Shown: piece by piece, positions 18,298 to 26,241 of the stretch
How positions within the stretch are numbered: position 1 is the first letter of the stretch
Layout: each line of letters starts with the position of its first letter
The notes under the pieces: model-generated
Database searches by the model: none
Told to the model about the DNA's origin: nothing
What the model saw: only the letters and a program-made list of their open reading frames with translations
DNA from: a virus
Lineage: Duplodnaviria; Caudoviricetes
Virus record (IMG/VR): IMGVR_UViG_3300038492_000211
Coordinates: 1-28,785 of that record
Direction: 5' to 3' (one strand)
DNA: 28,785 nucleotides
Program-made: the position numbers and the translations under genes

Positions 18298-18348
18298 GTG
18301 CGATCTCGCGATCTCTGCAAGACTTCCTGCTCGAGTTCTTCAATCGCG

Positions 18349-18380
18349 CAAATATACAGTCAGTCGCAAGCGTTTGACAA
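18349..18380 (-). promoter_or_regulatory. Putative promoter of the virion operon
   Basis: Minus strand TTGTCA-N18-TATATTTG in the intergenic gap upstream of the portal. Confidence 0.5.
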
Positions 18381-18434
18381 GGAAATAATATTTTGCCTAC
18401 TTAGGTCTTCGGACTGTGGGCAATAGAACCCGTT

Positions 18435-18692
18435 TCACAGTGGACTGTTTGATACCCCTGTCCTCGTACAGTTCTTTAGGCTGCGGAACTGTGGACGGGA
18501 GCATACAAAGCTTTGGGATTGTCTTCTTTGCCATTTCCTTCCTCTTATGAGTGTAAATCGTATCTCACAATATGCACGCGGCTCGTCTGGATGTATCCAG
18601 CGGGTTACGGGCCATCTTAGATCTTTGACCCGCATTCCCATTGCCGACGCGACATACTGTTTGAGTCGCTTCTTTGCGTGGCGGCGTTTCAT
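18435..18692 (-). CDS. Hypothetical basic protein
   Basis: 85 aa; ATGA overlap with the upstream gene. Confidence 0.5.
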   Translation of the reverse strand: MKRRHAKKRLKQYVASAMGMRVKDLRWPVTRWIHPDEPRAYCEIRFTLIRGRKWQRRQSQSFVCSRPQFRSLKNCTRTGVSNSPL

Positions 18693-18982
18693 TCTGATAA
18701 AGCTTTGTGCTCAGCCTCATCAGCAACCAATCCATCAGCACACGTACCGCACAACAGGATCGAATCATTTGAATCGTGCACGCAATCGTCATCGTCCAAA
18801 ACCGGTTTGCTGCATCCTTCACAGAAACCGACCAGCTCGTATTCCCGATCGTTCTCGTCAACAATTTCCAAGATCTTACGGCCACGGCCGACGGTTGTTC
18901 TGCACAGCTCGATCGCATCCTGAACAGTATCGGCGCTCAGCTCAACCTCTTCCGTCTTGATCATTGTGAATCGTACTTTCAT
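18689..18982 (-). CDS. Hypothetical acidic protein with zinc-finger motif
   Basis: CEGC..CGTC; GAGG RBS. Confidence 0.7.
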   Translation of the reverse strand: MKVRFTMIKTEEVELSADTVQDAIELCRTTVGRGRKILEIVDENDREYELVGFCEGCSKPVLDDDDCVHDSNDSILLCGTCADGLVADEAEHKALSE

Positions 18983-19322
18983 TGTCTTCCTCTGGTTTGC
19001 ATTCCCACGTCTCAGTGAATTCGAGCATCATGTCCTTGGTGGCAAAGCCGATCCATGTCCAGCCGAATGTAGTGACGCCGCCCATTTGCCAGGTTCCTGG
19101 CATACGGTGAATCGGCGATGCCTGACTGCCCCATTTCTCTGTGCACCAATCGATTATGCTGCGGTACTCTGCTGAGTCAAAATTGCCCGTACGCGCATCT
19201 ACCATCCACGGCGTTTCTGACCATATCCTCAACGTCAAGTCGTCTTGCTCATCGCCAGGCATGGATCGTTTCAGCATACGTTGCCAGAGCGGTGATCCCT
19301 GAATGTTTACGGTTGCATCCAT
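18942..19322 (-). CDS. Hypothetical Trp-rich protein
   Basis: 126 aa; IIDWCTEKWG..WIGFATKDMMLEF. Confidence 0.65.
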   Translation of the reverse strand: MDATVNIQGSPLWQRMLKRSMPGDEQDDLTLRIWSETPWMVDARTGNFDSAEYRSIIDWCTEKWGSQASPIHRMPGTWQMGGVTTFGWTWIGFATKDMMLEFTETWECKPEEDNESTIHNDQDGRG

Positions 19323-19636
19323 TTCTGAATCCTACTTGCTTTGCGTACAACCCACCATGTACCGATCGCCAGCCCAATCGCGTTTGCAATAACGTCAGGT
19401 ACCGAGAATCCTTCGCCGCCGATCCATCCCCATTCCTGGTAAGACAGCAGCGCGTCCTTGAGCTCATTGAGTAAGCCCAGGGTGAACCAAACGATGTTCT
19501 GCTTGACCAAGTGCCAGCCAAAGTACTTGCTTGCGTTGTAAACTGCAACGGCGAACAGAACGGCGTGTTCAAGCTTATCATACCGAATGATCATGCCGTT
19601 CTGAGTGAGAAAGGAATCCCAAATGATTTCAATCAT
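19307..19636 (-). CDS. VanZ/YfiM-like small membrane protein
   Basis: DKLEH, GLLNELKD and GFSVPDVIANAIG; three hydrophobic segments; GGGAG RBS before ATG 19636. Confidence 0.7.
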   Translation of the reverse strand: MIEIIWDSFLTQNGMIIRYDKLEHAVLFAVAVYNASKYFGWHLVKQNIVWFTLGLLNELKDALLSYQEWGWIGGEGFSVPDVIANAIGLAIGTWWVVRKASRIQKWMQP

Positions 19637-19838
19637 TGCTAACTCCCGTGTATTCATACACCCTGCCACACACCTGGCGGCCGTCTATTCGTTTCGTGCA
19701 TATCAGCGACGCATCGCCGTATATGCGGACTGTTGGCATGCGCTTGCCTTTGAGTTCTATGTAGTTCCGGAACCTCCACGCGAGGACCGTATAGCAACGT
19801 TCGCAGCGAATGACGTCACCATCACTCACTGCCGGCAC
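19629..19838 (-). CDS. Zinc-ribbon protein, Mu Com-like
   Basis: IRCERCYTVLA...LICTKRIDGRQVCGRV. Confidence 0.55.
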   Translation of the reverse strand: MPAVSDGDVIRCERCYTVLAWRFRNYIELKGKRMPTVRIYGDASLICTKRIDGRQVCGRVYEYTGVSND

Positions 19839-20020
19839 TCCCTCAGAATACTCTCAATCATCCCTTTCTGTCGATTACTGATATTGCCGTGCTTCTCGTA
19901 CCACTCTTTGACACTGTCCATCAGCTCGAGCTGACGATCGGTGGCGTTCTGCATCACAGCCTCGAACAGCTTGAACGTGCGGTCGATGCTTTCCTGGCGC
20001 TTTGGGTTTATCTTGTTCAT
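19826..20020 (-). CDS. Hypothetical protein
   Basis: ATG 20020 overlaps the MTase stop (ATGA); helical, ISNRQKGMIESI. Confidence 0.65.
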   Translation of the reverse strand: MNKINPKRQESIDRTFKLFEAVMQNATDRQLELMDSVKEWYEKHGNISNRQKGMIESILRECRQ

Positions 20021-20541
20021 TCTACCTGATCTCCAAAGGTAGTCCAATTATCACGACGATAACGAGCAAAATATTCTACAAACGGACCCGGGCTGCATGA
20101 CTCAATGATGTCGTACTGCTCGTCAGGCTTGCGACTGTGCTCACGCTTCCGGCTCACAATGATATTCGGCTGCGATCGACCAGGTGATAATGTTCGCATA
20201 TTTGTACCCTTGACACCAAACAGCAATACCTCAGTAACATTGCGGAAGTAAAACCCAACACCTCTGCAATCTGGGCCACCATCCTTCCGCACCTTGTACC
20301 AAATAATCATTGTTTTGTAGGTGAATCCCCACGCCTTCATGACTTTCAAGCCATCTTCGATTAAAGCGTTAGGAACCCATAGATACAAATGAGCTTTCTC
20401 CTGTGCATCAATAGGATAATCGCATATCTCCTGCACCGTCATAGTCGCGTAACGACGCAGTCGACCATGCTCCGGCGCAACCTTACCTGTACGATTGCTG
20501 AAGCGCCACGGTGGATCTGCAAGGATTGTTGAAAAGCTCAT
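20017..20541 (-). CDS. MT-A70 family N6-adenine methyltransferase (orphan in this window)
   Basis: TILADPPW, HLYLWVPN, AWGFTYKT, GFYFRNVTE and HSRKP; ATGA-coupled start at 20541. Confidence 0.93.
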   Translation of the reverse strand: MSFSTILADPPWRFSNRTGKVAPEHGRLRRYATMTVQEICDYPIDAQEKAHLYLWVPNALIEDGLKVMKAWGFTYKTMIIWYKVRKDGGPDCRGVGFYFRNVTEVLLFGVKGTNMRTLSPGRSQPNIIVSRKREHSRKPDEQYDIIESCSPGPFVEYFARYRRDNWTTFGDQVE

Positions 20542-20978
20542 GCCGCCTCCATCTCCTTTATTTGCCACTGCAGATACACACCCGCACATCGCCGGCAAAC
20601 AAATGCGATCACCGCGCTGCCTTTGCTAATCATGTATTTCGGACCGCGCACCACATGATCAGAGCAATGATCGCATTCGAATGTGAACGTTGAGTTGATT
20701 GCAATCTTACCCCTTTGCATGCATCGACTTACCTGGATCGGTGCAATATCTTTTTTCATGGTGCTGCGTGTGACCGTTTCTGTTTGAATCCCCGTGTTGT
20801 CAATCATCTCTTCCACGCTTTCACACTTACACTTACACTTGCGCCACTTCTTACCGCAGCCTGTGCACCTTGGTTGCTCGTGGTCTTTTCGGATGCGGCT
20901 CTTTGGCGGTACAGGCGGTGGCAGACTAACCGGGCTTCGTCCATCACCTGCATTGACCGGCTTTCTCATGCCGCGCAT
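20538..20978 (-). CDS. Pro-rich, Cys-rich hypothetical protein
   Basis: PPPVPPK, CTGC..CKCKC and CDHC..CRRC. Confidence 0.65.
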   Translation of the reverse strand: MRGMRKPVNAGDGRSPVSLPPPVPPKSRIRKDHEQPRCTGCGKKWRKCKCKCESVEEMIDNTGIQTETVTRSTMKKDIAPIQVSRCMQRGKIAINSTFTFECDHCSDHVVRGPKYMISKGSAVIAFVCRRCAGVYLQWQIKEMEAA

Positions 20979-21102
20979 CTCCCTCTGTTAATGATGGACT
21001 GCGTTGCGGTCCTGGTGTGATGTTGGGCTTGGGTACTGCTGGTTTCGGCGCAACGTTGCCTCGCTGCTTGCTTCCTGGCGTTATGGCTGGTTTTCGTTTC
21101 AT
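20944..21102 (-). CDS. Small Pro/Lys-rich peptide (52 aa; not in the track)
   Basis: GGAGGT RBS; MKRKPAITPGSKQRGNVAPKPAVPKPNITPGPQRSP... Confidence 0.6.
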   Translation of the reverse strand: MKRKPAITPGSKQRGNVAPKPAVPKPNITPGPQRSPSLTEGDARHEKAGQCR

Positions 21103-21129
21103 GCTTTACGACCTCCCGCTGGCTGCGCT

Positions 21130-21441
21130 CTATAGACTGTGAAATCCGTACATACGTTCCGTTAAGGCTTGCTTGGCTTCGGCGTCTTCCATTTCATCCT
21201 TGCAGCTTTCGCAGCATAGGGCGGTTTGGTGGATGCTGGCCGTGTCCAGATAATCGAAGTCATGCAAGTTGTCTTTATGCTCTGGCGTATGGCAAACGTC
21301 ACATGACTTTAGGTCCCGCTCCCACCGGTCAAGCCAAGTTTTGAGATCGGCAACCATTAGAAGTCCTACACCAAAAACGCCGAGCTCTTTGTGGTCTTTG
21401 AGCTTAAACTCTTCAACAAATTGCTCGCTGAGTGATTTCAT
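21130..21441 (-). CDS. Hypothetical zinc-finger protein
   Basis: CDVC..CCESC; ATGA coupling. Confidence 0.7.
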   Translation of the reverse strand: MKSLSEQFVEEFKLKDHKELGVFGVGLLMVADLKTWLDRWERDLKSCDVCHTPEHKDNLHDFDYLDTASIHQTALCCESCKDEMEDAEAKQALTERMYGFHSL

Positions 21442-21566
21442 TTCTTACACCTGCATCTAAAGAAGATTGCGTACTTTTTGCGGCCACATTTTGTGCAGCG
21501 TTCATTTTCCCAGACTATGCGCTTTGGCGGCCGAGGTGGTGGCTTTGGGTAATCGTCAAGATTCAT
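21438..21566 (-). CDS. Pro-rich zinc-binding micro-protein (42 aa; not in the track)
   Basis: MNLDDYPKPPPRPPKRIVWENERCTKCGRKKYAIFFRCRCKK; ATGA overlaps at both ends. Confidence 0.65.
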   Translation of the reverse strand: MNLDDYPKPPPRPPKRIVWENERCTKCGRKKYAIFFRCRCKK

Positions 21567-21670
21567 GACTCATTCTCATCTTTCAATCTAAGAATCAATG
21601 CCACTAAAGCAGCAGCAATGCAAAAGGCCGCAGCAACAACGTCAAGAGTCTTTAGAATCTCTTCTAACAT
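21563..21670 (-). CDS. Single-TM peptide (35 aa; not in the track)
   Basis: MLEEILKTLDVVAAAFCIAAALVALILRLKDENES; ATGA overlap downstream. Confidence 0.55.
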   Translation of the reverse strand: MLEEILKTLDVVAAAFCIAAALVALILRLKDENES

Positions 21671-21685
21671 CAGTAGATTATTTTT

Positions 21686-21770
21686 TGACCCTTCACCCGC
21701 GCACCACATAAACACTTAATCACGTGATTTCCGATTCAGTTAATTAAGTTGATGCGCGGGTAGTGAGTCA
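21686..21770 (-). ncRNA. Long intergenic RNA hairpin (structured cis element)
   Basis: Nested stems of 6, 12 and 9 bp, each containing a G-U pair on the minus strand. Confidence 0.6.
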
Positions 21771-21926
21771 TTAATGGCCAATCAATGGGCCGTAATCGTT
21801 CTCGTCCCACTGGTGATAACCAGGATCATTGTCGTCTGGATCGTCATCCCCCCCCGGTTGTTCGAAATCGGGCTCCGGTTGTTGTTCTTCTTCTACGTCT
21901 TCTTCTGGTTCTGGATCTGAACGCAT
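21771..21926 (-). CDS. Highly acidic peptide (51 aa; not in the track)
   Basis: GGAG RBS; MRSDPEPEEDVEEEQQPEPDFEQPGGDDDPDDNDPGYHQWDENDYGPLIGH. Confidence 0.6.
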   Translation of the reverse strand: MRSDPEPEEDVEEEQQPEPDFEQPGGDDDPDDNDPGYHQWDENDYGPLIGH

Positions 21927-21955
21927 TACTTGATCTCCATTAAAGTTTAACTTGA

Positions 21956-22336
21956 CTATTGACTCTGTTGCTGTATTTCCAAATTGTGCAAACGGACACC
22001 AATATCAAGCTGCTTAGCGCCCACCTGCCACACTTCCACCTCACTGGTGACCATATAACCGTTTTCCTGCATGATCTTGCGCTCACGAAGAATGCGCGGC
22101 TGATCATCAAAGTATTCTGGCTCAAGCTCAAACACCAAGTGCCGCCTGTTCTCAGTCAGATACATATCCACCACGCCATCACAGAGCGTTTTCAGGACAT
22201 GCTCATGGCCTCGGAATACAAAACCTACCTGGTCGACGTTTACGCTGTCTACCGGCTTCCACAGATCGATCGTTGTTTGCGCATCACCATCGAGGATTAG
22301 CGGTTGTTTGATTAGTAGAGCCATTATTGTTTGCAC
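21956..22336 (-). CDS. Hypothetical protein
   Basis: 126 aa, operon-consistent position. Confidence 0.65.
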   Translation of the reverse strand: MQTIMALLIKQPLILDGDAQTTIDLWKPVDSVNVDQVGFVFRGHEHVLKTLCDGVVDMYLTENRRHLVFELEPEYFDDQPRILRERKIMQENGYMVTSEVEVWQVGAKQLDIGVRLHNLEIQQQSQ

Positions 22337-22755
22337 TCACAGGTGTAGTCTTCGGTTTTGTAGATAGGTGCCTGCACGGTGTACGTATCAATTGAATCGG
22401 ACCCGACTATTCGCCCTTCTTCAAACGCCCGACACCAGCATGTACTTGGCCCCCAATGCACCGCAAACGGCTCGAACTCTCCAGATTCCAGCCAGCGATT
22501 TAGTGGATCCACCTTGTTTGCGCTGTCCAGCTTGGCCAAAAACCTTTCCGGTGTCCATGCGGTATCTGGGACAATCACATTGTCTTTGACCACAATGCTA
22601 TTTCGGGCTTCAATATAAGCATCGCGCGCTGTTTCCATTTCGATGATCGCCTTGCCAGATTCAAACCCATCCTGGTATCCTTCTGCATATGTAATCGCCA
22701 ACAGAAACGTCATCCCCAAAATGAACAGTGTCGCTAATAATGTTGGTTTATTCAT
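22324..22755 (-). CDS. Signal-peptide / membrane-anchored protein
   Basis: MNKPTLLATLFILGMTFLLAITYA-EG; CWC and CEC motifs. Confidence 0.7.
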   Translation of the reverse strand: MNKPTLLATLFILGMTFLLAITYAEGYQDGFESGKAIIEMETARDAYIEARNSIVVKDNVIVPDTAWTPERFLAKLDSANKVDPLNRWLESGEFEPFAVHWGPSTCWCRAFEEGRIVGSDSIDTYTVQAPIYKTEDYTCECKQ

Positions 22756-23173
22756 CGCCGTGTTTCCCTTTTACGTTTCCTGCCCACTTGCTGCCTGGCA
22801 GTCGTTCAGTGATCGAAAATCCTACAATAATTCCATCATCCTGCACATAGGTACACATGGGATGATTGCGCGCCAGCTTTGTGAACTCTTCCATAAACTC
22901 GTATGAGATGTGCACACCATTGATGATATAGCAATCCCGCTCCAAGCAGTAGATTTTTGTGAGCCCATCAATGCGCGTCCGAATAAACATCACCGGAAAC
23001 ATGCAGAACCAGACAGGTTTCAACCACCAAGGTATCCGCGTGCCTCCCTCAACGCCACAACGGTGCTTGATGTACAACCAGAGCATTCGCTTGCGCTCTG
23101 GCCATCGTGCGGCTTTCCAGTGCTTTCTCAGACGCTTCAGCGTGTAGTTAGTCTTAACTGTTAGCTTTATCAC
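22748..23173 (-). CDS. Hypothetical protein
   Basis: Likely GTG start at 23173 with GGAG RBS (track gives 23221). Confidence 0.6.
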   Translation of the reverse strand: MIKLTVKTNYTLKRLRKHWKAARWPERKRMLWLYIKHRCGVEGGTRIPWWLKPVWFCMFPVMFIRTRIDGLTKIYCLERDCYIINGVHISYEFMEEFTKLARNHPMCTYVQDDGIIVGFSITERLPGSKWAGNVKGKHGDE

Positions 23174-23480
23174 CCCTGAGCTCCGCAAAGAATTGTTTGA
23201 CGCGGTCGGCGTACTCTTCATCGGTTTCTGTGAATTTTACTTGATATAAATCGACCTCAATAAGGTCGCCAGTATCGTATTTTCTCCCCTTTTTCCATTC
23301 ATCACCCTGTCTATAAAAGACACGTGTGGGTTCTGATATAACGATAGCGGCATAAACATTTGCGGGACCGTCGCCACCCTCTGCATATTGAAACGACCCA
23401 ACGTACTCTGCTTTTGTAAGCACCGGCAAATCCTTGAACTTGCGGACCCACTTGCAGCGCCTTTTGATGGGGATGTCCAT
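23154..23480 (-). CDS. Hypothetical protein
   Basis: 108 aa; TAATG coupling with the upstream gene. Confidence 0.65.
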   Translation of the reverse strand: MDIPIKRRCKWVRKFKDLPVLTKAEYVGSFQYAEGGDGPANVYAAIVISEPTRVFYRQGDEWKKGRKYDTGDLIEVDLYQVKFTETDEEYADRVKQFFAELRGDKANS

Positions 23481-24241
23481 TATTTGGCGGCTTGAAGTTT
23501 GGCTTCTTCTGCATCAACTACTTGCAGCGCCTTTAACACGCCCTGCGATTTGCCCAGGGAAACCCAATGATCTTGCTCGACATACTTGAGTTCCCATAGC
23601 TTGCCAAATTTGAGATTTTCCAAGTAGTACACACCAGCCACACCGTGATGCATCCAAGTTCCAAAAGCATTCTCAGACAGCATTTCCTGCAGCTTCTCAT
23701 CGTGCCACGGCGGTTGTATTTTCTTCCAATTCCGCTTGTTGTGTACAAAGTACGGCTTTTCCCACCACGCGGATTGTTCTATGGTTGCTTCCTGGCCATA
23801 CAATTTGTGATAGGCATCGATCCAACCGTCATATTCCCGAATTTGAGCCTCGGAGTCCAGCAGCTTCTTAATCACATCAGCGCCTTTATCCAGTGGCCAA
23901 GGATGCGACACCATGACCAGCTCGAGTAACACGCGAAACTCTGCGGAAGTCAACATGCACTTGAGTTCGTTGTCAGGCTCTTTGCGCGCTTCGGCTTCAT
24001 ATTGGATGTTCATCAGCGGCTTGGTATCAAATGGTGCCTTATCTTGCAGAGCAATAAGTGAATGATACCCAGAGGATGCCGTATTTATAAAATGATCTTC
24101 ATCATCAATTACCACGTGCAGCGAATCACCCGTTGCCGATGGTGTCCTTACAACATCGCATTGATAATCGACCAAACCTCGCTTTGGGTCGCTAAATACG
24201 ATCGTCGCCTTTTTGCCTTCCAGATCTGCCATGCTTTTCAT
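23480..24241 (-). CDS. Hypothetical multi-domain protein
   Basis: ATG 24241 with GGAGAG RBS (track gives TTG 24274); LVMVSHPWP..GWIDAYH segment. Confidence 0.7.
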   Translation of the reverse strand: MKSMADLEGKKATIVFSDPKRGLVDYQCDVVRTPSATGDSLHVVIDDEDHFINTASSGYHSLIALQDKAPFDTKPLMNIQYEAEARKEPDNELKCMLTSAEFRVLLELVMVSHPWPLDKGADVIKKLLDSEAQIREYDGWIDAYHKLYGQEATIEQSAWWEKPYFVHNKRNWKKIQPPWHDEKLQEMLSENAFGTWMHHGVAGVYYLENLKFGKLWELKYVEQDHWVSLGKSQGVLKALQVVDAEEAKLQAAK

Positions 24242-24257
24242 TGTTCTCTCCAAATTA

Positions 24258-24349
24258 TAAGCACGTACCGGCAAATTACGCCCACTTCAAAACGAGCAAA
24301 AGGTTGCCATCTGATGCTCCGGTTAGGTGGTTCAGCCGGCGCGTGCTTA
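24258..24349 (-). ncRNA. Long intergenic RNA hairpin (structured cis element)
   Basis: UAAGCACGCGCCGGC pairs with GCCGGUACGUGCUUA (14 of 15), plus inner CCAC/GUGG and GAGCA/UGCUC stems. Confidence 0.6.
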
Positions 24350-24652
24350 GTTCAATACTTTGTGATCCGTTCTAACCTTGCCGTCTTTGCTGATCAAATC
24401 CAACTCCCAAACAACATGCTTGATCTGACCTAATCGCAGCTCACGGTTGCTATCGATCTCCACAACAACACTGAGCTGCTTAGTCTTTTTTCCGGTGCTT
24501 TGCGACTCCCGCCTGAGGCGATTAATTTCCATCCATGCGCCTTGCAGTGACTCGTACGTTGCCTGATCAAATTCCCGCTGACTTTTGGCAAACCAACCCA
24601 GACCAATGATGGTAATCACCACCAGTATTAAAGCGATTGCACCTACAAGCAT
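24347..24652 (-). CDS. N-terminally membrane-anchored protein
   Basis: TM segment LVGAIALILVVITIIGLGWF followed by a helical region. Confidence 0.7.
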   Translation of the reverse strand: MLVGAIALILVVITIIGLGWFAKSQREFDQATYESLQGAWMEINRLRRESQSTGKKTKQLSVVVEIDSNRELRLGQIKHVVWELDLISKDGKVRTDHKVLN

Positions 24653-25050
24653 TTGTTTTCACCGCTTTCTATGATGCCCTTGGCGTTTGCAAGGATCTCC
24701 TCAAGCTCGGTAACCGTCACGTCATCCACCAGGATAGTCACGGTGTCATCCTCGTTTACCCTGGCATGCGGACCAAGCTGTGCAGTTAATTGCACGGGTA
24801 CTGACATTAATCGATCGACCGCGCTTTTGAGCTGACGGACCTTTTTCATCATTGCCAGTACAACCGACTTTTCCAGCTCCCCCACTGGAACATCTGGATC
24901 GTGTTCTGAGTCCATAATCGTAAGCCCGTCGACACACCAGACAATGTCAGTATAGAATCCTGTCGATCGGACCAGTAGTTCCGGCACCTCGCCAGCAGGA
25001 TCACCCATTCTCACATTCAAATCCTGAACAACATCTTTTGCGCGGCTCAT
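24643..25050 (-). CDS. Hypothetical protein
   Basis: 135 aa; ATGA coupling, GGAG RBS. Confidence 0.7.
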   Translation of the reverse strand: MSRAKDVVQDLNVRMGDPAGEVPELLVRSTGFYTDIVWCVDGLTIMDSEHDPDVPVGELEKSVVLAMMKKVRQLKSAVDRLMSVPVQLTAQLGPHARVNEDDTVTILVDDVTVTELEEILANAKGIIESGENKCL

Positions 25051-25838
25051 AGGTGTCTCCGTCGTTTGCGTTCGGCATCAACCATTGCAAGCATGCGTGC
25101 ATTTATCGTTCTAACTCGATCCCTGGTATCACTATCCAGCGCGCGCAACGTTTGTATGACTTTCAGATAACTATGAAACTGATCAATAGTTTCTGCACTC
25201 ATCTTCCAAGGATCTTTGATACCTCTGCGTATCTTAGCGGCCGGCTCTGCGGTTTTCGGATCCAGTTGCAGCGTGTTCGCCACATCGAAACGCTTCTCAA
25301 GCGCCAAAGGCTTATCCCACGGCAACCAGCGATCCCACAACAAGCCGATCGATGTCTGTACGCAATGGTGACAATAGATCGCCTGGACGGGTTTACCTTT
25401 TTCTATCGGCGCGCCATCGTAACAACTTGAGAAATCAATCCGGTGCAGATAGCGGTCCTTAGTGTTGCAACACCATTTAGGCGGCCTACGTAACGATCGT
25501 TGCCATGCGTGTCGCGCTTCACTGCAGCATTGCGGTTCAACCTGAACGTCGTCGGTGTTTTCCATTGCTATGCGGTTGCAGTAGATGCACTCGTAATGTT
25601 CATCGTACGCCACTTCAACGTCATGAATCTCATCACCGTCTATTTTGATAACGGACTCATTTGAGCATAGTCGATTGGCAAAATCTTCGTAATCTCTATC
25701 CAAAGATTTCTGCTTTTGTTTCCGTTCCCAATTAACCACGATATGCTCATCAAGCGTTACAATGGCTCTATAGTTCTCACGCGCCACACGCAAGCCGAGT
25801 TTATTCCGCCTACGCACCGTGAAGCTCTGGAAAGGCAA
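25047..25838 (-). CDS. Cys-rich hypothetical protein (start uncertain, possibly GTG near 25787)
   Basis: CIYC, QCC, WCC and CHHC motifs. Confidence 0.65.
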   Translation of the reverse strand: MPFQSFTVRRRNKLGLRVARENYRAIVTLDEHIVVNWERKQKQKSLDRDYEDFANRLCSNESVIKIDGDEIHDVEVAYDEHYECIYCNRIAMENTDDVQVEPQCCSEARHAWQRSLRRPPKWCCNTKDRYLHRIDFSSCYDGAPIEKGKPVQAIYCHHCVQTSIGLLWDRWLPWDKPLALEKRFDVANTLQLDPKTAEPAAKIRRGIKDPWKMSAETIDQFHSYLKVIQTLRALDSDTRDRVRTINARMLAMVDAERKRRRHL

Positions 25839-25981
25839 ACCAGATCAGCATCAGCACAATGAGCCATAGAACCAAGTTTGCAGTCAACGAATAGACCCAG
25901 ACGCGAAACAATTCCGACCGTTTCCAAAGCAGTTGCAGCTTGAATTTCAATAGTCTCATAATTACCTCGTTCGATTACCAT
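25757..25981 (-). CDS. Hypothetical protein (weak)
   Basis: ATG 25981 overlaps the upstream stop and the ORF fills the gap. Confidence 0.35.
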   Translation of the reverse strand: MVIERGNYETIEIQAATALETVGIVSRLGLFVDCKLGSMAHCADADLVCLSRASRCVGGINSACVWRVRTIEPL

Positions 25982-26241
25982 GCATTTATGTAGTCGCGCA
26001 ACAGATATTCCCAGACTATCGCGACCGGCAGTGCATTCCATGCGACTTGAAACAAGATCTCATTAGCTACCGCCAGAATACACCATCCTTTGTGAGCTTT
26101 CCACATTTCAGTCCAGCGTTTACAGCCGTCGCCGAACAAATCGATTTTGTATTTGGCTTTGAATTGCAACGTATGAATCGCCATTGAAACTATTAGAGCA
26201 ATTGCCGCGATTGCCAGAAGTCTCAACCAGATCAAGTTCAT
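25975..26241 (-). CDS. Small two-TM membrane protein
   Basis: Two hydrophobic segments; ATGA coupling. Confidence 0.65.
   Translation of the reverse strand: MNLIWLRLLAIAAIALIVSMAIHTLQFKAKYKIDLFGDGCKRWTEMWKAHKGWCILAVANEILFQVAWNALPVAIVWEYLLRDYINAW

Noticed and set aside
21686-21770. Hairpin as SRP RNA or tRNA
   Set aside because: Has GGAA near the loop but lacks the SRP CAGG/GCAGC internal loops and any cloverleaf.
24347-26241. Membrane proteins as a holin/spanin lysis cassette
   Set aside because: No endolysin or lipoprotein partner is recognisable; hydrophobicity alone is insufficient.
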